DNA of 64,000 bases from a virus, in IMG/VR virus record IMGVR_UViG_3300017963_000025, positions 21,382 to 85,381 of that record; one strand, given 5' to 3'. Shown piece after piece: positions 10,383 through 19,943 of this stretch (its first letter is position 1; every line of letters starts with the position of its first letter). The translations under genes and the position numbers were made by a program. The notes beneath the pieces are model-generated. The model searched no databases. It was not told where the DNA came from and saw only the letters and a program-made list of their open reading frames with translations.

Positions 10383-10479
10383 GAACGTTGTTTGACAACC
10401 TTTCACATTCTTTGCACCTATTCTCAATCGTAGGTGCTTCGGAATAATCAAAAAAGAAGATACAAGAAAGTGGGCGATA

Positions 10480-10680
10480 ATGAATAATACGGAACCATTT
10501 GATCCGAAAGACATCTTTGACATAGAAGAGGCATTGGAAAAGGGGGAGATACTTGAGATTCCGGTGGAAGAATACCGAAATTTTAAAGACGCCTGTGCGA
10601 TTACGGGAGCCGATCTGAGTGATTGCCAAGCATACCCGGACCCATATAATATGACCGTGGTAATCGTCCCAACAAAATGA
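10480..10680 (+). CDS. small acidic hypothetical protein
   Basis: ORF in operon context. Confidence 0.5.
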   Translation: MNNTEPFDPKDIFDIEEALEKGEILEIPVEEYRNFKDACAITGADLSDCQAYPDPYNMTVVIVPTK

Positions 10681-10697
10681 AGGAGAGATGTGCTTTG

Positions 10698-11126
10698 ATG
10701 AAAAAAAACATAATGAATGTCTGTATCGTGGTTATCTTGCTGTTTGGTCTGTCCGCTTGTACCACACGAAGTGGCGCATTGGGGGTATCGGCGGGATTGT
10801 GGCGGACCAACGAACGTACCACTCAAGTGAAATGCGGAGAGGGAGACAACACGACAAAAATGCAGACCAGTGTGGCCGTGACCAATGATGCCCTTAAATC
10901 CTCATTGGAAGTGTTGGCGGCGGCACGGGTGGCCGTGGACAGTATGCGGTCGATTCTGAGCTATGACGGAAAGAGTTTGGCCCCGAACACCTACCGAAGC
11001 AACAATTTGCCCGTGAATTTCGATGTCTGGCAAGAGGGAGAGGATGTGTTAATCCGGACCCACCATGGGATTTATCGGATTACACAGGATGGGAAGGTCA
11101 AAAAAGACAAGGGGAGCGTGTGGTAA
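10698..11126 (+). CDS. putative lipoprotein
   Basis: MKK + hydrophobic stretch + LSAC lipobox. Confidence 0.6.
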   Translation: MKKNIMNVCIVVILLFGLSACTTRSGALGVSAGLWRTNERTTQVKCGEGDNTTKMQTSVAVTNDALKSSLEVLAAARVAVDSMRSILSYDGKSLAPNTYRSNNLPVNFDVWQEGEDVLIRTHHGIYRITQDGKVKKDKGSVW

Positions 11127-11129
11127 CCG

Positions 11130-11147
11130 TCCGCAAACGTTTGCGGA
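11130..11147. repeat. 18-bp palindrome copy 4
   Basis: Exact; TAA-CCG-palindrome. Confidence 0.95.
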
Positions 11148-11377
11148 TTCGCAATTATTAAACCGTCCAAAAATGTATGAAACGGACTAAGGGGCATGTG
11201 GTGAGAATATTAGAAAAATTTATTGACAAGGCGATTTCCTCTTTCTATTGCAGTCGCATCAAAGTCAAACACCAAATATCCCATGACCTTTTTTGCAATT
11301 CCGAACAATTTTCAAAACAGGTGGGCATGCCCTTTTCCAAACAAAACAGGTGAATTTGACAGAGAGGAGCGTAAAAA

Positions 11378-11863
11378 ATGAAAAAAATGTTGGCAGTGGT
11401 ATTGGTGGTAATCGTGCTTGGGTCATTTGTGGCCTATGCGGCAACGGATACGGACATATCTGGCATGGTATCCGAACAGGCCGGGGATTTGCAAGGATTG
11501 ATGGGGCTGATAGCAAAAATTATTGTTGCGGTGGCATCCCCGTTGGCGGCGTTGGCGATTGCCACCTATCTGGTGATGCGGTTCCATAACTTTATAAGAC
11601 GACGTATTGGACAATCCGCCTATAGAAGGATGGGTTTGGGGGTGAAGTCCACCTTGCGGATTGGCACAGCCACGGGTAGTGTGCTGGCACGAATTCACCG
11701 GGAAAATTTGGACGGATTTTTTGCCTATGTGTTGCCTGACGGGGATGCTACGGCTACCGTGGACGAGGAAATATTTTTCAGTTGGATCGGGTGGGAGTGC
11801 GCCCAGGTGAACATTATCCGAAACATTGATTTGAAAGAAGAACCCAAAAAGGAGGCATCATGA
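11378..11863 (+). CDS. membrane protein (signal peptide plus TM helix)
   Basis: MKKMLAVVLVVIVLGSFVAYA signal, second hydrophobic helix; RBS GAGGAG. Confidence 0.6.
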   Translation: MKKMLAVVLVVIVLGSFVAYAATDTDISGMVSEQAGDLQGLMGLIAKIIVAVASPLAALAIATYLVMRFHNFIRRRIGQSAYRRMGLGVKSTLRIGTATGSVLARIHRENLDGFFAYVLPDGDATATVDEEIFFSWIGWECAQVNIIRNIDLKEEPKKEAS

Positions 11864-12180
11864 AAAACGAGGATATCAGAAAAGCAGTCGAAGCCTATGA
11901 AGGTATCGGAGATTTGCTCGACTCAATCAAAGGGATTGACGGGAGCAACGGCCTGATTGCCCGTATTGCGGATGTGTGGCGGGTGACCGAATTGGTGGTT
12001 AGGGCAGTGGAGGAACAATCCGACACGAATACCTCCGATGAAAAACTTAATGCCGCAGTGGAGACGTTGGACGCATTGTGCGAATTTGATAATTTTTGGT
12101 TGGAATTGGCTGACGGTATTCTGTTCAAGATGTTGATTAGCGCAACCGTTCATGTGATGAATTCCAGGGAAGAGTGGTAA
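11860..12180 (+). CDS. hypothetical protein
   Basis: ATGA overlap, RBS GGAGG. Confidence 0.55.
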   Translation: MKNEDIRKAVEAYEGIGDLLDSIKGIDGSNGLIARIADVWRVTELVVRAVEEQSDTNTSDEKLNAAVETLDALCEFDNFWLELADGILFKMLISATVHVMNSREEW

Positions 12181-12374
12181 ATCGCGGTCAGTTAGACACC
12201 CATCAAAAACGAGTGATACACAAACCTAATCGGAGGGATATGTGGGAATCATAAGAAAAGGCATTGTGTACGGCAAAACAATCACAAGCTACAAAAACCC
12301 TCTCCGCAAATTGTGGAACATCCGCAAACGGCGGGGGGAGTCCAAAGAAAAGAAATGGGAAAAGGAAAACAAAC

Positions 12375-12689
12375 ATGCCAACGAACAAACATAACCGACC
12401 AGGGTATAACGGCCTGTTGACCCGCGTGGCGCATGAAATATCCCAAATCGCCGGAAAAAGTGGTAAGACGTTGCTGGCGGGGATGGATAATAAAAACGAA
12501 TTGGACTTGTACCACTGCAAATCCAAGGAGGATTTGGCGAGCATGGCGGATACCTACGCCAAAAGCATGGGGGTGGAATTCCCGAAAGACGCGGATTTTC
12601 GCATATTGTCCATCCTTGCCGGTCTGCGACACATTGCCAGTTTGGACGAAGCCACCTATGGAAAAATTATGTCCGGAAAGCTGATGTAA
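12375..12689 (+). CDS. hypothetical protein
   Basis: ATG 12375 with AAGGA RBS. Confidence 0.5.
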   Translation: MPTNKHNRPGYNGLLTRVAHEISQIAGKSGKTLLAGMDNKNELDLYHCKSKEDLASMADTYAKSMGVEFPKDADFRILSILAGLRHIASLDEATYGKIMSGKLM

Positions 12690-12691
12690 CC

Positions 12692-13075
12692 ATGAAAAAA
12701 CATGATATTATGCTATGTATTGTGGATGAGGATAGTGGTGCCATTGTCAGCGATATTGTATTGGGGTTGTGGGACGGAACGGAAATACTCGCATCTGAGA
12801 ACAACGGTTATGTTTATTTTGATGATATTCCGGTCGGTGTCCACCGTATCTATACCATGTGTGATGTGTTTCGGATAAGCGTGAAATGTTCCGGAACCGG
12901 CAAAATATGGAAAAAGGGATTTAGCTATCCGCAGAAGTACGGGACCATATTGGGCGAAATGACGAGTTATGCCGTGGGTACCTCTGTTATTTCATCCATA
13001 TTCAAACAACCTGATGTTGGGAAGGCATGGGAAAATTATAAACGCGACCAACTAAAATTATGTCCGGGAAATTGA
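12692..13075 (+). CDS. hypothetical protein (beta-rich)
   Basis: 127-aa ORF adjacent to previous stop. Confidence 0.5.
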   Translation: MKKHDIMLCIVDEDSGAIVSDIVLGLWDGTEILASENNGYVYFDDIPVGVHRIYTMCDVFRISVKCSGTGKIWKKGFSYPQKYGTILGEMTSYAVGTSVISSIFKQPDVGKAWENYKRDQLKLCPGN

Positions 13076-13190
13076 TGTAACCGTGAAAAAACATGACATT
13101 CTTCTACGCATTGTGGATGAGGATAGTGATAAATTCCAGGGAAGAATGGTAAATCGTGGTCAGTGAGTCACCCAATTAAATACAAGTGAG
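13073..13190 (+). repeat. chimeric degenerate duplication of ~12682-12738 and ~12155-12220
   Basis: tgatgtaaccRtgaaaaaacatga..ttgtggatgaggatagtg fused to aattccagggaaga.tggtaaatcg.ggtcagt. Confidence 0.75.
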
Positions 13191-13513
13191 ATGAGGGGTA
13201 AAGTGATAAAGTGGGCAGAGGTGCGAATCGGCAAAATTATACTGCGATGGAAGTATACCGATTATGACAGTTTACGAAGCGGCGGAATATTTCTACAGGG
13301 ATGGGTGTGTCAGTAAAAGGTTGTGGGATTTTATCAAGGATGACGTTTCGGATTTTATTCGCATGGTTAATCCGGATCGACATCGTTGTTTTTTTGTTTT
13401 TTTTATTAGCGAATCTGACAGGAGGGATATGTGGGGATCGTAATAAAAGAATGGTGTAATAATCTGTTGTATCAAAATTGGGAGTGTAACGCATTAATGA
13501 AAGGTTAGGAGAT

Positions 13514-13864
13514 GTGGCCATGGCGTATGAGTATGATGGTTCAGTCAAAATGGAAATGTATATCATAACGGAAATGCATGCGTATGGATTGGGGTCGGAA
13601 GAAATTGACAGAATTGTTAACTATACACAATGCACTCGGTGTTCCCTGTATGAGGTGTGGGACCATTACAAAACAATTATTGCCATGGGGAACACGATAC
13701 TATCCGATGTTACCGCCCGTGCGTCAGTTACGGACATAGGAACTGTCAAAGATATGATATCCATGGAGATTAAACGAAGAAAGCCCGAAAAGCCGCCAAT
13801 CTGCAAACCGGTAAAATCGGATTTCCCGATCCGGCGTAAAATACTCTTGACAAATTCACTATAA
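13514..13864 (+). CDS. hypothetical protein
   Basis: RBS AGGAG, 116 aa. Confidence 0.5.
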   Translation: MAMAYEYDGSVKMEMYIITEMHAYGLGSEEIDRIVNYTQCTRCSLYEVWDHYKTIIAMGNTILSDVTARASVTDIGTVKDMISMEIKRRKPEKPPICKPVKSDFPIRRKILLTNSL

Positions 13865-14052
13865 GGCAGTAATATGATCATATATATCATATAACGTTAA
13901 CATGAACAAAAGGGGTGCGTCGTGTGACTACTATTTTGCCGGATGGTCATCTGGTACGGTCAATAGGTGAGTTATAAAATTCAGAATTCAGGGTTTCGCG
14001 TAAAGGGGGGGGGCGGGTTGTCTCGTTCCCCTTTGCTTTCAATTGCAGAGGG

Positions 14053-14397
14053 GTGCATATGCATGATGATATCAGCAACATGGCTTCGACAACGGAATTG
14101 GTGGCATTGCACGACAAGTCCAAAACATGGTTTGCCAAAAATGCCAAAAAAGGAAAACTGCACAGAATAAAAGTCGGCCGACAATGGTTCTATGATCCAT
14201 ACGAAGTACTGGAACTGATCAAAAGTGAAATCAGCCACGGGGAACGGAAATGGGATTGCGTATCCTATGGGAATTGCGTGTTTTCGTGGGCAAAGCGAAA
14301 TATCCATCGGAACGACAATCCGTGTCGGACGTGTTCCAATTATCGGTCAAACGGGGGAATTGAAAATGAGATCAAAAGTATCTATGACGTTTCTTGA
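14053..14397 (+). CDS. excisionase-like HTH DNA-binding protein
   Basis: STTELVALHDKSKTWF..AKKGKLHRIKVGRQWFYDP wHTH pattern; Cys-rich tail. Confidence 0.55.
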   Translation: MHMHDDISNMASTTELVALHDKSKTWFAKNAKKGKLHRIKVGRQWFYDPYEVLELIKSEISHGERKWDCVSYGNCVFSWAKRNIHRNDNPCRTCSNYRSNGGIENEIKSIYDVS

Positions 14398-14638
14398 ATG
14401 GCGAACGGAGGCAGAAAGGCTGTTCGGTGGGAATCCGGATGCGTGGTCATTCGAATGTCCGGTATGCGGACATGTTGCACGTACGGATGACTGGCGGAAA
14501 ATCGGCAAAGGTGGTATGGCCGGTTACGGATGTATCGAATGCTTGCATACTGATGTGGAAAAGAACCCTGTCAGGGTGGTGCATACTGACGGTACGGTTA
14601 TAAACATGTTTGATTTTGCAGAGGATTGTGGAAAATGA
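14366..14638 (+). CDS. VVA0879-like Zn-binding phage protein
   Basis: EWRTEAERLFG..DAWSFECPVCGHVA..DDW. Confidence 0.6.
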   Translation: MRSKVSMTFLEWRTEAERLFGGNPDAWSFECPVCGHVARTDDWRKIGKGGMAGYGCIECLHTDVEKNPVRVVHTDGTVINMFDFAEDCGK

Positions 14639-14823
14639 GCGACATTATCATGATGGTGGGGAATATTTGTAGCGGAAAGTCCGTATTGGCGAGAAAGTTT
14701 GCCAATCGTGGGTATGCGGTTATTAGTATGGATGCGATTCAGACGGGTGTTGCCGGAGGCTTGTACGACAGATACGATCCGAAAAAGAATACGGCTTTCC
14801 AAGGATGGGCGCCGGAGGGGTAA
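14635..14823 (+). pseudogene. P-loop kinase (AAA_33-like) N-terminal fragment
   Basis: IIMMVGNICSGKS..VISMD then premature end. Confidence 0.6.
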
Positions 14824-15218
14824 ACGCACTCGGATTTATAATCAAGCAATTAAAAAACCCGAGGCTTGCAATCATTGACACACTGGCGAAGTTCCGGCCG
14901 GCGCAGAACGGGAAGGATAATAATATATATGATCGGGATTACGAGCACATAGCGAAATTGAAGGAATTGGCGGACTATTTCGGAATATCGTTGCTTGTCA
15001 TTCATCACGTAAGAAAGAGCTACGCCGAGGACATTGTTGATTCGGTTTCAGGGACTGCCGGCATAACAGGCGCGGCGGACGGTTGGCTTATCATGGAGAA
15101 AACACAGACAGGAGCCACGCTGCATGTTGACGGTCGTGATGTGGAGAGAAAAAAGCAGATCGGAAATCATTCAGAGAGGACGAAGCGAAAGCGATGTCCA
15201 CTTACACTCTTGACCTGA
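14805..15218 (+). pseudogene. RepA/AAA_25-type helicase C-terminal fragment
   Basis: LAIIDTL (Walker B), LLVIHHVRK, SGTAGITGAAD, GRDVE; Walker A absent. Confidence 0.7.
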
Positions 15219-15244
15219 TAAGCAAGGATTTATGAGGAGGTAGC

Positions 15245-15439
15245 ATGTATATAGTAAGACTGGAAGATGGAGGAAGTTTGTCAAATGGTGTATGGCTTGC
15301 TCAATGGGAAGGCGATCCCGGTCGAACGCTGAGAAAACACAACGCTGAACGATTTAAAGATATTGGAAGTGCCGAAAAGGCTCTGACAAAAGCCAGAGAA
15401 TACAGACAGTTTAAAAATGCAAGAATCGAAGAATTATGA
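15245..15439 (+). CDS. small hypothetical phage protein
   Basis: RBS GAGGAGG; WLAQWEGDPGRTL. Confidence 0.55.
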   Translation: MYIVRLEDGGSLSNGVWLAQWEGDPGRTLRKHNAERFKDIGSAEKALTKAREYRQFKNARIEEL

Positions 15440-15810
15440 TGAGCACCATGCACACCAACCGTACACACCACTCACCCGGCGCTACCCGTGCCGTCCACCA
15501 CACCGGAAGGCCTTGCTCGAAGTGTGGGAAACGGACAATGAGCGTGAACAGAATATGTGATTCATGTTCAACAGGCGTTGGCGGAGACATTGAAAAGCTG
15601 TATCATTCAAGGGAGTGGAAACGTGTATCAAGGCATGTCATGCTACGCGACATGTATAAGTGTCAGCAATGCGCCGGATTGGCACGTATCGTGCATCACA
15701 TATTGCCAACACGGACCAACCCGGAAAGGTTTTTTGACAGCGGAAACTGCATTGCTCTGTGTGTTGAGTGTCACGACGTGATACATGGGAGGAAGAAAGA
15801 ATGCGAATGA
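15436..15810 (+). CDS. HNH endonuclease
   Basis: YHSREWK..RDMYKCQQC..VHHI..N.IALCVECHDVIH. Confidence 0.85.
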   Translation: MMSTMHTNRTHHSPGATRAVHHTGRPCSKCGKRTMSVNRICDSCSTGVGGDIEKLYHSREWKRVSRHVMLRDMYKCQQCAGLARIVHHILPTRTNPERFFDSGNCIALCVECHDVIHGRKKECE

Positions 15811-16430
15811 ATCACTCGTGTAAAGGCTTGATTGTCGCGGCTTCGCGTATGGGGGCGGTTGTAATCGCTATGGTATCAAGCTTTGGCGAGAGTTCGGGGA
15901 AATGGAGAGACGCAGAAACAATTTCGACAACATAGAAAAAGAACATGATGTGTTGATTGTCTGTGATGAAATCAACCTATGTGTCGAAAATGTTCCCATC
16001 TGCGTGAAGCTGTGGCAAAAGCGTGTCTGTGGCACGAACAAGACGCGATTGTAAAAAGTGATGATGACGGGAAATGCCCGATATGCGGAGGTCCTGTAAA
16101 AATTGTGAATGTGTGTGTGGGAATATGAACATCTCGAAAATATGCCCACGATGCGGACGCACCTTTCCGAATATGAAAGCGCACATCCGCTGTTCATGCG
16201 GTTCAGTGATAGGTGATTGTTTCAGGTGCGGGCGGGCTATGGAAATTATTGACCATAGTCCGCTGTGCGAAAACTGCTTACAAGAAAGGGATGAAAATGG
16301 ACATTGTGAAAATCGTAGTGGCAATCTGGCAAGCGCTCCCCGATAATTCCCGTCGGGAAATTATCGAAAATCTTGAAGAGGATATTGGAAAATTATTGTC
16401 GGAAATTTTCCGACTGATATTGGAGGACAG

Positions 16431-16568
16431 ATGAGCTTCGAAATCGCAAAATATTATGCGGCAAGCGATATTGTTCCGGCACATTTCAGAAAGCCGGAAA
16501 ACGCGTTCATCGCGTTACAGATGGCAGAACGCATGAATATTGACCCCTTCATGCTAATGCAGAATTGA
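16431..16568 (+). pseudogene. RecT/Bet-like annealing protein fragment
   Basis: SDIVPAHFRKPENAFIALQMAERMNIDPFMLMQN then TGA; RBS GGAGG. Confidence 0.55.
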
Positions 16569-16632
16569 AGCCCCGGATATATCAGAGGGATTTTCGGAAA
16601 TCCGTACCCCTCCGGTACGGTATCGGGTACAT

Positions 16633-16905
16633 GCCGCAGACTTTGACGGATGGTTGGCAGAGAATGACTATCCTGATATTGGTGACCCCATCACTGAAAA
16701 TGTGCGCAAAATAAAGGAATTATATGAAGATTTGTCCAATTTTGTTATCATTTGGACCTGTCGGCACGGGGATACGTTGAATCAGGCACGGTGGTGGTTA
16801 CGTCAAAATGACATTCCGTTTGACGCAATCAATTAGAATCCATTGTTTGAAACGGGAAGCCGCAAAATATTTGCACATATGTATTTTGACGACCGGAACG
16901 GGTAG
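16633..16905 (+). pseudogene. HAD-superfamily phage hydrolase with internal TAG (16834-16836)
   Basis: DFDG, IIWTCR, IPFDAIN*NP, RKIFAHMYFDDRN all in one frame. Confidence 0.65.
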
Positions 16906-16930
16906 TGTACAATAAGCAGAGGAGGGTATT

Positions 16931-17116
16931 GTGTTTTGGGGGAAAGGAAAAAAAGTAATGTGTGGTGTATGCCATAAATGGGTGGAAAAGTCGAAACTAA
17001 AAAAATTGTGGCATACGGACATCGTGACGGATTCGGACAATTCGCAACGGGCCGAGGGTCCGTTCCAACCTATTCTGATTTGCAATGAATGCATGAAAAT
17101 GAAGGTGAATACCTAA
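16931..17116 (+). CDS. small Zn-finger protein
   Basis: CGVC..CNEC; RBS GGAGG. Confidence 0.5.
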   Translation: MFWGKGKKVMCGVCHKWVEKSKLKKLWHTDIVTDSDNSQRAEGPFQPILICNECMKMKVNT

Positions 17117-17400
17117 CAGGGGGGAGAGTGAAACGTATCAAACTTATATTTGTCGTGGTGGTTATAACATTCCTGTGTGGTTGTGTCAGTGGGGAGAAAA
17201 AGCCAATGAATGACAATATCGACCCAATCCGCCAACAACATGAGCTAAAAAGGAATATTGATCTTGATGCTTGACAATATCCCTATGTATGTGCTAATCT
17301 GGGATATCAGGAAACAGGAAGAACAAAGCATAATCGTCAATGGCTTGGCTTGACAATAACAATTTTTTCCTTGTTCCGACTGTTTCCCTATTCCCTCGGT

Positions 17401-17432
17401 GGCGGGGGGCCGGGTGGCTCCCCGCTTTTTTA
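17401..17432 (+). terminator. intrinsic terminator/attenuator-like hairpin upstream of Mom-like gene
   Basis: GCGGGG..CCCCGC stem followed by T-run. Confidence 0.5.
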
Positions 17433-17449
17433 TATTAGGAGGGGTGTGT

Positions 17450-18136
17450 ATGATACCGAACTTTGAACTTAGACACATGAAGCCGACAAGCGCAAAACTT
17501 TTTATGCGTCGATGGCATTATACGCATACGTGCGGAAATATTGTTTGTGCGCACGGATTTTATGTGGAAAACCGACTATCCGCGATTGTTTCCTATACGC
17601 CTCCCGTGGGGCGGCACCTCCCAAACAGCATTTTGGAAAACGGGATTTACTCGGAATTTTTGGAATTGCAGAGATTGTTTACACATGACCGATTGCCGAA
17701 AAACAGTGAATCCAAGTGCGTGTCAATGAGTTTGAAGCGATTGAAACAGGATTATCCGAAGGTGGTTGTGGTCGTATCCTATGCGGATTCCGGGGCGGGT
17801 CATGTGGGATACGTATATCAGGCGACTAACTGGATTTATACTGGGAAAGCGTCCAACGAGCTTAAGATATTTATCGACGGAAAACGGGTTCACCGACGAT
17901 CTTTGGTGGCAAGATACGGGACATCCGGGGTGCAAAAATTAAAATCCATGGGTCTGGATATTCGTGTGAGTGACGAACGGTTCCACAAACACCGCTATAT
18001 TTTTGTTTTGGCCTCGTCAAAACGGGAACGGAAGCGAACGGTGCGACGGTTGAAGGTGACCCCGCTTCCGTACCCAAAGGGAAATATTCGGTATTACGAT
18101 TGCGGGGCGAGTTGCTTTGACAAGATAGAAGGATAA
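17450..18136 (+). CDS. Mom-family (GNAT-fold) DNA adenine modification protein
   Basis: RRWHY, LELQRLF, KNSESK, VVSYAD..GHVGYVYQATNWIYTG; RBS AGGAGG. Confidence 0.8.
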   Translation: MIPNFELRHMKPTSAKLFMRRWHYTHTCGNIVCAHGFYVENRLSAIVSYTPPVGRHLPNSILENGIYSEFLELQRLFTHDRLPKNSESKCVSMSLKRLKQDYPKVVVVVSYADSGAGHVGYVYQATNWIYTGKASNELKIFIDGKRVHRRSLVARYGTSGVQKLKSMGLDIRVSDERFHKHRYIFVLASSKRERKRTVRRLKVTPLPYPKGNIRYYDCGASCFDKIEG

Positions 18137-18141
18137 TTGTT

Positions 18142-18351
18142 ATGACACGTGCATGGTCGTGGAAGTGTAAGAAATGCGGGATGACACACTCATTCATCCT
18201 TTTTAACCCCAGGCCCCCCGGACGGTATAAAAAATGTGACAATACCGAATGCGGAGGATTGATGGAACGGTATGAATTGGGGGAGCAATTTTATACTATG
18301 ATATATGCTTCGAGATCAGCAGGAACCGGCCAAATTCAGCGGCGGGCTTGA
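18142..18351 (+). CDS. small Zn-ribbon protein
   Basis: CKKC..CDNTEC. Confidence 0.45.
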   Translation: MTRAWSWKCKKCGMTHSFILFNPRPPGRYKKCDNTECGGLMERYELGEQFYTMIYASRSAGTGQIQRRA

Positions 18352-18354
18352 AGG

Positions 18355-18933
18355 ATGAGAGAGCTTTCGCTTTTCACGGGGGCCGGCGGCGGGCTGCTTG
18401 CTGGCATGAAGCTCGGATGGGAGCCAGTAGGTTATGTCGAAAACAACGACTATCGGCAGCGAGTTATCAGGCAAAGGATTATTGACGGTTTCTTGCCAAA
18501 GGCACCGATCTTCGGTGATATCAAAGCATTCGTTAGTGAAGGGTACGCCGCAAGCTATCAGGGAATGGTTGATATCATTAGCGGCGGATTCCCCTGCCAG
18601 GACATCTCCGTTGCCGGAAAAGGCAAAGGTATTACCGGTAAAAAATCATCTCTCTGGTTTGCAATGGCCGATGCCATACGCATCATTCGACCCCGATACG
18701 TATTCATTGAAAACAGCCCAATGCTCCTTACTCGCGGATTCGAGTACGTCCTTGGTTCGCTTTTCGAAATGGGGTATGATGCGACGTGGGGTATTATATC
18801 CGCTGCCGACGTTGGCGCGTGGCATATCAGGAAAAGAATCTGGATTTTTGCTTCCCACACCGACGGTAAACGGCAACTACAACCGAAAAGGCGCGTCCAA
18901 ACATTCGGGGGACGGATTGGCCACGGCAATTAA
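18355..18933 (+). CDS. DNA cytosine-C5 methyltransferase, chain with motifs I-VIII
   Basis: SLFTGAGG, GGFPCQ, IENS, HIRKRIWI. Confidence 0.85.
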   Translation: MRELSLFTGAGGGLLAGMKLGWEPVGYVENNDYRQRVIRQRIIDGFLPKAPIFGDIKAFVSEGYAASYQGMVDIISGGFPCQDISVAGKGKGITGKKSSLWFAMADAIRIIRPRYVFIENSPMLLTRGFEYVLGSLFEMGYDATWGIISAADVGAWHIRKRIWIFASHTDGKRQLQPKRRVQTFGGRIGHGN

Positions 18934-19288
18934 ACGACTGCTCCACACATCGACGGTACAGGATGCAAAAAATAATGCTTCGGGAAGTCATGCGAATCCG
19001 AAACACACCGGTTTTCTAAATCCCGACTGGGTGGAATGGTTCATGGGATGGCCGGTGGGATGGTCCGATGTCAGAACGCTGAATAAACTTGTGTGGCTCC
19101 CGATAAACATGTGGCCTAATATTAAGCCAATCACGTACAAAAAAGAAAACAGAAGAAATCGCGTCAAAGCTATCGGTGACGGGCAGGTTCCGCAGGCGGC
19201 GATTCTGGCATGGAATATCTTGTCTGGTCCGCAAACGTTTGCGGACTTAATCCAGTGTTTTACCCCCGGTTTGACCGGGGGTAAGTAA
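18434..19288 (+). CDS. DNA cytosine-C5 methyltransferase, second chain (motifs IX-X) in overlapping +1 frame; start possibly TTG 18569
   Basis: DSPARTS, LPTP, LNPDWVEWFMGWP, RVKAIGDGQVPQ. Confidence 0.75.
   Translation: MSKTTTIGSELSGKGLLTVSCQRHRSSVISKHSLVKGTPQAIREWLISLAADSPARTSPLPEKAKVLPVKNHLSGLQWPMPYASFDPDTYSLKTAQCSLLADSSTSLVRFSKWGMMRRGVLYPLPTLARGISGKESGFLLPTPTVNGNYNRKGASKHSGDGLATAIKRLLHTSTVQDAKNNASGSHANPKHTGFLNPDWVEWFMGWPVGWSDVRTLNKLVWLPINMWPNIKPITYKKENRRNRVKAIGDGQVPQAAILAWNILSGPQTFADLIQCFTPGLTGGK
19228..19245. repeat. 18-bp palindrome copy 5
   Basis: Exact; within 3' end of MTase chain 2. Confidence 0.95.
19260..19284. terminator. hairpin at convergence of + and - strand genes
   Basis: TTACCCCCGGT-TTG-ACCGGGGGTAA perfect stem. 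Confidence 0.6.
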
Positions 19289-19320
19289 TACTGCTATTCG
19301 CTTTTAAATTGGTATTTGGT

Positions 19321-19527
19321 TTATTTCACCATTAACCGTATCAAAAATAGAAGATCATTTCCTTCTTCCAAATCATGCCATGGCACCTTCCTCGAATACT
19401 CTTCGTTCGGAACCTGTATGACAGCATGTTCCTCACAAGCCCCTATAATCTGACCTTGTATGTCATTTTTAATCATAACAACTGAATTTTGTTTAATTGT
19501 TCCATCCAAAATGTCTTGATAAGTCAT
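19321..19527 (-). CDS. small hypothetical protein
   Basis: RBS AGGAG on - strand. Confidence 0.6.
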   Translation of the reverse strand: MTYQDILDGTIKQNSVVMIKNDIQGQIIGACEEHAVIQVPNEEYSRKVPWHDLEEGNDLLFLIRLMVK

Positions 19528-19641
19528 TTGTTAATCTCCTTTTTATGATACACAGTAAAGTCGGTTTTGCCGTTCAATCGCCACGCTGTTTCATTTTTTT
19601 CCTTTTTGTTTTTCATGCTCTTGCAGTCTCTTTCGTTGTTA

Positions 19642-19833
19642 TTATAGTAAATCACATTCAGAATCGAACACGATTCTCTCATCCTCGTAGCCATAATTTT
19701 CGACCACAGTGCCGCCGTTTGTAATGCAGCATCTTTCAGCTTCCTCCTGTTCTTCCCATATCATGGCGTCAGGATATTCACTAACAAACTTATTCCCGTC
19801 AAAAAATTTTTCCTCGTATTTTATTATAAACAT
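19642..19833 (-). CDS. small acidic hypothetical protein
   Basis: RBS GGGG; paralogous fragment at 20621-20698. Confidence 0.6.
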   Translation of the reverse strand: MFIIKYEEKFFDGNKFVSEYPDAMIWEEQEEAERCCITNGGTVVENYGYEDERIVFDSECDLL

Positions 19834-19943
19834 TTGTTTCCCCTTTCTTTTGCGTATTCTGCTTCATAATGGCATTGCGTCAAACACATATTCTTTTCGT
19901 TGCATGCCCGCCGAAGCGGGCTGGTTGCGGACGTTTGATTGTA

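Noticed and set aside
12240-12254. Conserved 4-codon minigenes MWES*/MWGS* (also 13429-13443) behind GGAGG
   Set aside because: Differences between the copies are better explained by conservation of another frame (NLxGGICG), so the minigene looks incidental.
16834-16836. Genome-wide TAG or TGA reassignment
   Set aside because: TAG and TGA end many genes at positions abutting or overlapping the next start (41117, 57691, numerous ATGA overlaps); this TAG is best read as a nonsense mutation in a decayed HAD gene.
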